Part shown: piece by piece, positions 17,701 through 22,995 of the stretch
Layout: the number at the start of each line of letters is the position of its first letter
How positions within the stretch are numbered: the first letter of the stretch is position 1
DNA from: Longivirga aurantiaca
GTDB taxonomy: Bacteria; Actinomycetota; Actinomycetes; S36-B12; CAIYMF01
Direction: 5' to 3'
Length of the DNA stretch: 22,995 bases
NCBI RefSeq assembly: GCF_042660085.1
Contig: NZ_JBHSTI010000029.1
Coordinates: 1 to 22,995 of the forward strand
The notes under the pieces: generated by a model
Told to the model about the DNA's origin: nothing
Database searches by the model: none
Seen by the model: only the letters and a program-made list of their open reading frames with translations
Position numbers and translations under genes: made by a program

Positions 17701-18112
17701 CGAACCCGGCAACCGCGACACGCGGCCGCCGTGCGGCCTCCAACCGGGTGATCACCTCGACCGCCGCAGCGCGGGCGGAGTCCGTCATCGACTCCGGCAG
17801 CGCCGCGACGGAGTCGGCGATGCGCTGCGCCTGGCTGCGGAACGCCAAGTAGGGGCGGCCCAGCGGCGTTCCGCTAGTGGGGTGCTGGCCGTGGCCGTAG
17901 AGGCGGGCCATGCCTTCCTCGGTCACGGCTGCGCCGGACGCGATCCCGAGGCCGGTAAGCCCGGCGCCGTACCAGGAGCCGGGCGGATAGCCCGACGCTG
18001 TGTAGTACGCCGTCAACGGTGTCGAAGGGTCTCGTTGCACGTCACCGCAGGCGGTGTGGCGCAACAGGTACTGGTACCCCGCGCCCGCGGACATACGCGC
18101 CATGGACATCAC
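14786..18112 (-). CDS. traA: MobF-family relaxase/helicase (TraA/TrwC-like)
   Basis: N-terminal relaxase signature MARMSAGAGYQYLLRHTA...LTAYYTASGYPPGSWYGAGL; metal-binding histidines FDHWDTRTGDPNLHTHVVVANKV; helicase Walker A VLVGPAGTGKTTTLRAL; Walker B LLVVDEASLAG; C-terminal YATTIHRAQGLTVDHTHLL. 1108 aa. Confidence 0.93.
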   Translation of the reverse strand: MMSMARMSAGAGYQYLLRHTACGDVQRDPSTPLTAYYTASGYPPGSWYGAGLTGLGIASGAAVTEEGMARLYGHGQHPTSGTPLGRPYLAFRSQAQRIADSVAALPESMTDSARAAAVEVITRLEAARRPRVAVAGFDLTFTAPKSASVLWALADPDVQALVVAAHRAAVRDALAFMEDRAVFTRIGHNSIAQVPTRGMVAALFDHWDTRTGDPNLHTHVVVANKVQGRDGVWRSLDSRALHHAAVAVSELYDNLLADHLTTALDQLTSHRVGSSWGWRDRGPRRTPAFELDAVPDDLLTEFSTRSAAIATAMTDALVAFHAEHGRGPNRIETTRLRQQLTTATRPAKTMRPLPELMAWWRERARRLLRRAPHPLLAPAWSNQHATAPAFTAAMGPRRVGVRHDTDGVTGALRHGLRHANLTSDDTSTVGNRRRRGPARVGGTLRSRLHQRPTHTARPSVTNDFVEYLAAVALDAVLARRSTWTRWNLLAEAARATRGLRLPDAAERIALHDRVVATALAGCVPLTAPDRWTVPEGWRRPDGTTVFDRPDEDRFSHRVILDAEARLLAAADDQLGPGVDETVARTAAVAVQPPRHPGGRHVRLASDQVDAVIGIATSRRALDVLVGPAGTGKTTTLRALRTAWENVHGPGTVLGLAPSAAAAHELADALGVPCENTAKWLHESTGPAAQQRAAVHAGLLERRTAATSAGDARTVRRVDTALARLDAQQDRWRLRPGTLLVVDEASLAGTLALDDLAAQAAAAGAKLLLVGDHHQLGAVDAGGAFGLLATTGAAHRLRSLWRFTHRWEAHANRALREGHPGALATYDRHGRIHEGGPLDVLDAAYSAWASDSRGGASALLLAADGATVAALNLRARSDRVAAGLVDDTTTVRLADGLQAGTGDLVVTRRNDRRLATAAGGHVRNGTRWTLTTIHADGSADLAAQSGTGPQGNGQDRVRVPADYVRRHLELGYATTIHRAQGLTVDHTHLLATEGMTRESLYVGLTRGRHSNHVYVPVDPLDDGCEHLPDPGRHAPDAQEQLRTILASTGRERSATERLRELTSGPSQRERDAVRATLADTRPPYPAADAHDDPPSAPRSTNRYVRGPQR

Positions 18113-18195
18113 GACCCCTCACCACCAGGCGCGCTGGGCGCGAGATCATCCACACCTCCAAGATGTGCGGCATACGGCCTCGACAGCGCGCCGTC

Positions 18196-18209
18196 AGCGG
18201 CCGGCCGCT
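18196..18209. repeat. Perfect 14-bp palindrome AGCGGCCGGCCGCT upstream of the relaxase gene
   Basis: Read directly; the sequence equals its own reverse complement. It lies about 84 nt upstream of the relaxase start at 18112. Confidence 0.5.
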
Positions 18210-18361
18210 CCTTGGAGCCAGAGGAGTGGAAGCTGGTCCTGAGCAGCTCGCTGCGCCAACGTTCCGCAAGGGGAAGCCGGACGGTCCGATGGTTGCGCGG
18301 CGGTCGGCCGCCGCTGATGGACCAGGTCGGTCGGGAGGGCCGTTCGCCGATGTCAGTCACG

Positions 18362-18381
18362 GTTACCCCGCCGGGGGTGAC
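18362..18381. terminator. Possible intrinsic-like hairpin downstream of the puuD-like gene
   Basis: GTTACCCC (18362-18369), loop GCCG, GGGGTGAC (18374-18381) form an 8-bp stem with one T.G pair. No U-tract follows on the minus strand. Confidence 0.3.
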
Positions 18382-18451
18382 GGGGGTGGTTGGCGAAGGC
18401 GGCGATGGACTGGGACATGGGGTGATCCGTCCGATGGTCGTGTCGAGCGGA

Positions 18452-19189
18452 TCAGGCGTCGGTACGGCGCTGCGACGCCGCCTCCACGAGAGCACTGAAG
18501 AAGGCGGCCTTGCGTGGCTTCTCGGGGTGCCACTGGACCCCGAGCGCGAACCGGTTGGCGGGCCACTCGAGGGCCTCGACGCAGCCGTCCGAGGTGGCCC
18601 GCGCCGCGACGGTGGCACCTGCCGCGACTGTCGCCACGCCCTGATGGTGGTGGGAGTTGGTCTGCAGGGTGTCGGCACCAACGATGCCCGCCAGGATGGT
18701 GCCCTCCTCCACCTGCGTGTCGTGGAACGTCGTGTGGTCCAGGTGCCCGGGTGCCGGTCGGTGGTCGGAGAAGCCCTCGTGCACAAGGTCCTGGTGCAGC
18801 GTCCCGCCGCCCGCCACGTTCATCACCTGCAGGCCGCGGCACACGCCGAGGAGGGGCACGTCCCGCTCGATCGCGCGGCGGACGAGCGGGATCTCGCAGC
18901 TGTCCCGCACGTGCGAGGTCTCCTCGAGCAGCTCGTGCGGGTGCTCGCCGTACTCGAGGGGGTCGAGATCGGCTCCGCCGACGAGAATGAGGCCGTCGAC
19001 GCGCTCGAGCACCTGGTCCATCGCGTCGGGGTCGCCGCCCCCGAGCGGCGGTACGACGATCGGCAGCACTCCCGCCTCCCAGACCGCCGCGAGGTAGGTG
19101 TCGGCGACCAGGTGGGCGTGCTCGTGCCAGAACCCTCACTGCGCCGTCGTGAACACGGCAGGGATCCCGATCACCGGTCGCGTCGTCAT
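18452..19189 (-). pseudogene. puuD: PuuD-like gamma-glutamyl-gamma-aminobutyrate hydrolase (class I glutamine amidotransferase), interrupted by an in-frame TGA at 19136-19138
   Basis: N-terminus MTTRPVIGIPAVFTTAQ (19189 down to 19139), then TGA, then in the same frame GFWHEHAHLVADTYLAAVWEAGVLPIVVPPLGG..., nucleophile motif LLGVCRGLQVMNVAGGGTLHQDL, and GVQWHPEKP. Confidence 0.8.
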
Positions 19190-19224
19190 GCTGCATGCAT
19201 CTCCTCGCTCGTGCTCGCGGTCGA

Positions 19225-20739
19225 TCAGATGGGCAGCGTGGGGTCGTCCAGGCCGATGGTCCTGCGGCCCTGGAAGAACCGAACCATGTCGGTCGGCCCG
19301 TGCCCACCGATTCCGGCGTTGTTCCAGAAGCTCTGCTCCGAGCCGTCGGCGAGGTCGGCGAGCTTGCACCCGTTGACGCGGACCTCTCCCGCCGGGATGC
19401 GCGCGGCCACGTCGAGTGCGGCGGCGGTGTCCGTCCCGAAGACGAAGCCCGCCAGGCCGGTCTCCGGGCCGTCCGCCGCGGCGAGGGCGTCGGCGGTCGT
19501 CGGGACCGCGTGGACGGTGATCGCCGGGCCGAACAGCTCCCGGGTCGATGCGGCGGCGGGCAGCCCGACGATCAACGACGGCACGAAGAACCAGCCGTCG
19601 AGGTCCGGGATCTCGGCCGCGGCCAGGCGGGTGCCGCCTGCCGCCACCAGCCGCCCGACCTCCTCCTCGACCCGGGAGCGGTGCAGCTCGTACGCCAGCG
19701 GCCCGACGTCCGTCGCCTCGTCGAGGCAGTGACCGACGACGACCGAGCCGAGCCGGTGGAGCAGCGCCTCGACCAGCGGGTCGTGCAGGTGCTGCGGCAC
19801 GAGGACCTTCCCGGGCGCCTCGCACCACTGCCCGTTGAGCTTGGTCATGCCGTCGACGAGTGCCGCCGCGGTGAGCTCGATGTCCGCGTCGTCGAGGACG
19901 ACCGCCGGGTTGTGGCCGCCGAGCTCCAGCTGGAGGGCGGTGAAGTGCGGCGCCGCGGCGGTGGCGACCGCGCGACCCGCAGGTGCCCCACCCGTGAAGG
20001 AGATGGCGCGCACGCGCGGGTCCCCGGCCAGCTGGGAGCCCACTGCTGCGGCCCCGTGCACCAGCTGGAACGTCGCCGGTGGGAGTCCGTGGCGGCGCAC
20101 CACGTCCTCGATCACGTCGGCGACGATCTGGCATCCGCCGGGCGCCCACTCGGACGGCTTGAGGATGACCGGGCAGCCGGCGGCGAGGGCGCTCGAGAGC
20201 TTCGCCACCGCGACGAAGGTCGGTGCGTTCCACGGGGCGAGCACGAGGGCGGGACCGAGCGGACGGCGCAGGAGCACCACGCCGCGGTCGGCGTCGAGCA
20301 CGTCCGACTCGCCCACGGAGCGCAGCTGCTCGAGCGAGCCGAGCACCCGCGGGCCGATGTAGGCGGCCATGGATCGCGCCACCCGAATCGCGTTGCCTGT
20401 GGACAGCGCGTCCTCGTAGGCGAGGTCGGCCGCACGCAGCGTCAGGCCGGCGGCGATTTCCTGGAGGACGGCTGCGCGCGCATCGATCGACACCGTGGCC
20501 AGCGCCCCGCTGCGGTGCAGCGCGTCCGCAGCGGACAGGGCACGCTCCACCTGGTCTGGGGCCGTTGCGAGCTGGGGCGCCAGCACGGCACCGGTGTTCG
20601 GATCGGCGAGCGAGCCCAGGGTCACGGAGGGCTCCTGCCAGGCTCCGTCCACCAAGTCGACCTGGGGTCGGGGCGGCTGCAAGGGGGGGAGGGTCGCCAT
20701 CGTCATCCGGTCCTCGGGGTCGGGTCGGTCGAGGGCCAC
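19225..20739 (-). CDS. NAD(P)-dependent aldehyde dehydrogenase family protein
   Basis: GPALVLAPWNAPTFVAVAKLSSALAAGCPVILKPSEWAP; AISFTGGAPAGRAVA; LQLELGGHNPAVVLDDAD; catalytic-Cys region LNGQWCEAPGKVLVP; FGPAITVH. Confidence 0.92.
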   Translation of the reverse strand: MALDRPDPEDRMTMATLPPLQPPRPQVDLVDGAWQEPSVTLGSLADPNTGAVLAPQLATAPDQVERALSAADALHRSGALATVSIDARAAVLQEIAAGLTLRAADLAYEDALSTGNAIRVARSMAAYIGPRVLGSLEQLRSVGESDVLDADRGVVLLRRPLGPALVLAPWNAPTFVAVAKLSSALAAGCPVILKPSEWAPGGCQIVADVIEDVVRRHGLPPATFQLVHGAAAVGSQLAGDPRVRAISFTGGAPAGRAVATAAAPHFTALQLELGGHNPAVVLDDADIELTAAALVDGMTKLNGQWCEAPGKVLVPQHLHDPLVEALLHRLGSVVVGHCLDEATDVGPLAYELHRSRVEEEVGRLVAAGGTRLAAAEIPDLDGWFFVPSLIVGLPAAASTRELFGPAITVHAVPTTADALAAADGPETGLAGFVFGTDTAAALDVAARIPAGEVRVNGCKLADLADGSEQSFWNNAGIGGHGPTDMVRFFQGRRTIGLDDPTLPI

Positions 20740-20773
20740 GGGATCGGCTGCCGCACGTACGTGGATCGAGCCG

Positions 20774-21889
20774 TCATGCCGCGCCTGCTCCGAAGCGGAG
20801 CACCACGCGGACGGTGCCGGGGTCGCGCATCCGTCGGAGACCCTCGTTGATCTGCTCGAACGGCAGCACCGCGGTCACCATGCCGTCGAGGTCGAGACGG
20901 CCCGACCGGTAGTGGTCCACGAACATGTCGACGTCGCTGAGGAAGCGGTTGGCGCCCATGTACGCGCCCTGGATCCGCCGGTCGCCGTACACGAGGGCGT
21001 CGGCGGAGATGCCGATCGTGCGTCCCTCGGGCATGAGGCCCAGGATCGTCGCCGTCCCGGCGGGCGCGAGCAGGTCGAAGGCCAGCACCGCCGTGGCCGG
21101 GTTGCCGACGGCCTCGATGGCGTGCGAGACGCCTCCCGGCACCAGCTCGTGCAGCCGGCGGACCACCTCGGCCGGGTCGCCCTGCGAGACGAGGGTGTCG
21201 GTCGCGCCGAAGCGTCGCGCCAGCTCGAGCTTCGCCGGCTGGCTGTCCAGCGCGACGATCCGGCGGGCCCCGGCCAGCCGCGCGCCCTGGAGGGCTGCGA
21301 TCCCGACGCCGCCGCACCCGATGACCGCCACCGTGTCCTCGCTCGTGACCTTGGCACCGTGGACCACCGCCCCGACCCCCGTCGTAACGCAGCAGCCGAG
21401 GAGGCAAGCGACGGCCGAGGGAACGTCGTCCGGCACGACGGCGAGGGCGTCCTCGGAGGCCAGGAAGGCCTCGCCGAACGCGCCCATACCCCCCAGCGCC
21501 TGGACCGGAGTGCCGTCGGGGAGGGCGAACCGCGGGCGGGGGCGGGCGCGCACCTCGGCCACGCGGCCGCACTGCGTCGGACGTCCGGCCAGGCAGTGCG
21601 GGCACCGTCCGCACGAGGGGGTCACGGTGGCCACCACGCGTTGCCCCACCCGCACCCGGCTGACCTGGGCCCCGGCCGCCTCGACGACGCCGGCGACCTC
21701 GTGCCCGAGGACGGCCGGCCGGTCGATGCCCAGCGCACCCTCGACGTAGTGCACGTCGCTGTGGCACAGCCCCACGTGCTCGGTGCGGACCACGACCTCA
21801 CGATCCATCGGATCGTCGAGCAGGACCTCGGTGAGGACGAGGCGGTCGCTGCCGTCGAGCAGGAGGGCGGCTGTGATGGGAAGGGGCAT
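20774..21889 (-). CDS. Zinc-dependent alcohol dehydrogenase (class III-like MDR family)
   Basis: GLCHSDVHYVEGALGIDRPAVLGHEVAGVVEAAG; structural-zinc cysteines PSCGRCPHCLAGRPTQC; Rossmann motif VAVIGCGGVGIAALQGARLAGARRIVALD. Confidence 0.92.
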   Translation of the reverse strand: MPLPITAALLLDGSDRLVLTEVLLDDPMDREVVVRTEHVGLCHSDVHYVEGALGIDRPAVLGHEVAGVVEAAGAQVSRVRVGQRVVATVTPSCGRCPHCLAGRPTQCGRVAEVRARPRPRFALPDGTPVQALGGMGAFGEAFLASEDALAVVPDDVPSAVACLLGCCVTTGVGAVVHGAKVTSEDTVAVIGCGGVGIAALQGARLAGARRIVALDSQPAKLELARRFGATDTLVSQGDPAEVVRRLHELVPGGVSHAIEAVGNPATAVLAFDLLAPAGTATILGLMPEGRTIGISADALVYGDRRIQGAYMGANRFLSDVDMFVDHYRSGRLDLDGMVTAVLPFEQINEGLRRMRDPGTVRVVLRFGAGAA

Positions 21890-21903
21890 GCGATTACCTC
21901 GCG

Positions 21904-22200
21904 TCAGGGGATGGCGGTGATGGCACCGAGCTCGGCCGCGCCACCGGGCGAGCCGAGCGGGGAGTCATGGCCGGGCAGGACCTCGACGAAGAGGCGTCGC
22001 GCGCGATCCAGGTCGGCACCGCTGTCGGCGAAGGTGATGGCCTCGACCGGGCACTCCGGCTCGCAGGCGCCGCACTCGATGCACTCGGTGGGGTGGATGT
22101 AGAGCTGGTCGCCAGCCTCATAGATGCAGTCGACGGGGCAGACGTCGACGCACGAGCGGTCCTTGCTCGTGGCGCAGACCTCGGAGATGACGTAGGGCAT
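21904..22200 (-). CDS. fdxA: 7Fe (3Fe-4S/4Fe-4S) ferredoxin
   Basis: ATG at 22200 gives [57 protein letters not shown], with FdxA-type cysteine spacing. The ORF track's upstream extension to 22308 is not ferredoxin-like. Confidence 0.88.
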   Translation of the reverse strand: MPYVISEVCATSKDRSCVDVCPVDCIYEAGDQLYIHPTECIECGACEPECPVEAITFADSGADLDRARRLFVEVLPGHDSPLGSPGGAAELGAITAIP

Positions 22201-22308
22201 GTCAGTTCCCGTGAGCCGTGCCGGGGCCGGGGTACACCCCGGGCCGCGGGTCGGTGGAGGTGGTGAGGCGGGTCGTCGAGGCGCCAGCCATCGCTCGGCC
22301 GTGGACAT

Positions 22309-22995
22309 GAAGCGTTCTTGAGCTCCGTGTAGCCGTCCATGGCGGCCATCCCGAGCTCGCGGCCGAACCCTGACTCCAGCCCCCGGGCCACCCGGATCGC
22401 CCGGCCCAGGTCGCGGGTCCAGATCGACCCGGACAGACCGAAGATGGTGTCGTTGGCCAGCGCGATCGCATCCTGCTCGTCGTCGAACGGGAGCAACGCC
22501 ACCACCGGCCCGAAGTCTCCTCGCGCAAGATGCGGTGCTCGCGCGGCGGGTCCAGAACCAGGTGCGGAACCATCCAGTGGCCCGGACCGCTCGGTCCGGG
22601 GACGGGGGCGACGATGTCGAGCGCCGGGTCGAGGAAGGATCGCACCTTCTCCAGGTGCGGGGCGGAGACGAGCGGGCCCATGGCCGTGGTGGCGTCGAGC
22701 GGGTCGCCGACCGCGAACGTCGAGGTCGCGGCGACGAACAGGGCGACGAACTCGTCGTAGACGTCGCGCTGGACCAGCACCCGGCTTCGTGCGCAGCAGT
22801 CCTGGCCCGAGTTGCCGAAGACGGCTCCGGTGCTCGCCGAGGCTGCCGTCTCGAGGTCGGCGTCGGCGAACACGACCGCCGCCGACTTGCCGCCCAGCTC
22901 CAGGGTGAGCCGCTTCATCGTGCCGGCTGAGGCGCGCATGATCGTCTGGCCGGTCTGGGTCGAGCCGGTGAAGCTGATCTTGCCCACTCCTGGGT
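22309..22995 (-). pseudogene. Aldehyde dehydrogenase remnant (3' portion; 5' end outside the window), disrupted by frameshift(s) and an internal deletion
   Basis: Frame A: [51 protein letters not shown]...[16 protein letters not shown]...ILREETSG. It switches near 22515 to frame B: [64 protein letters not shown]. Confidence 0.8.

Noticed and set aside
18019-18498. Plus-strand ORFs between the relaxase and the puuD-like gene
   Set aside because: No recognisable motif, biased composition, and partial overlap with the relaxase gene. Treated as non-coding and the best oriT/junction candidate.
19136-19138. TGA as a selenocysteine or programmed recoding site
   Set aside because: The expected residue is Trp, not Sec or Cys, and the adjacent ALDH is also damaged. 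A nonsense mutation or sequence error is simpler.
18363-19307. 314-aa minus-strand ORF overlapping the puuD-like gene
   Set aside because: Out of frame with the amidotransferase motifs and no recognisable domain. The correct frame is 18452-19189 with an internal TGA.
14846-19732. 1628-aa plus-strand ORF
   Set aside because: It runs antisense across the relaxase, the puuD-like gene and part of the ALDH, all with clear motifs on the minus strand. The translation is Gly/Arg/Pro-rich with no domains. Long open antisense frames are expected in very high-GC DNA.
20495-22102. 535-aa plus-strand ORF
   Set aside because: Antisense shadow of the ALDH, ADH and ferredoxin genes, which have unmistakable motifs on the minus strand.
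1-22995. CRISPR array, tRNA/rRNA gene, integrase or transposase
   Set aside because: I found no regularly spaced repeats, no tRNA-like cloverleaf with a T-loop GGTTCRA in a plausible context, and no convincing integrase or transposase motifs. A computational scan (tRNAscan-SE, CRISPR finder) would be needed to exclude them formally.

Overview
High-GC actinobacterial DNA. (1) Positions 1-9846: a conjugation (T4SS) module on the + strand. It holds the C-terminus of an AAA-ATPase-like protein, then an almost gapless, start/stop-overlapping operon: small membrane protein (DUF6112-like), TrbL/VirB6-like membrane protein, PrgI/SCO6880-like protein carrying a VirB4-N-like region, VirB4-like ATPase, double DnaB-N-domain protein, TraG/VirD4 coupling protein, transglycosylase/C40-like lytic protein and an ArdC-like antirestriction protein. 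(2) Positions 9918-11012: small ORFs, including a stand-alone Lsr2 C-terminal-like domain. (3) Positions 11057-13939 (-): a single-polypeptide, MmeI-like (type IIL) restriction-modification enzyme. (4) Positions 14412-18112 (-): a small conjugation-associated protein and a MobF/TraA relaxase-helicase. (5) Positions 18452-22995 (-): a probable host catabolic cluster of PuuD-like glutamine amidotransferase, aldehyde dehydrogenase, Zn alcohol dehydrogenase, 7Fe ferredoxin and a second aldehyde dehydrogenase. Most of the window looks like a conjugative element (ICE or plasmid) of a recognisable actinobacterial type, and I do not see a clear wholly new system. The points most worth a second look are the duplicated DnaB-N protein without a helicase domain, the isolated Lsr2-like domain, the pairing of a type IIL RM enzyme with ArdC, the Glu->Asp change in the lytic protein, palindromes near the relaxase and T4SS operon starts, and three lesions that appear to disrupt the puuD-like gene and the second ALDH.
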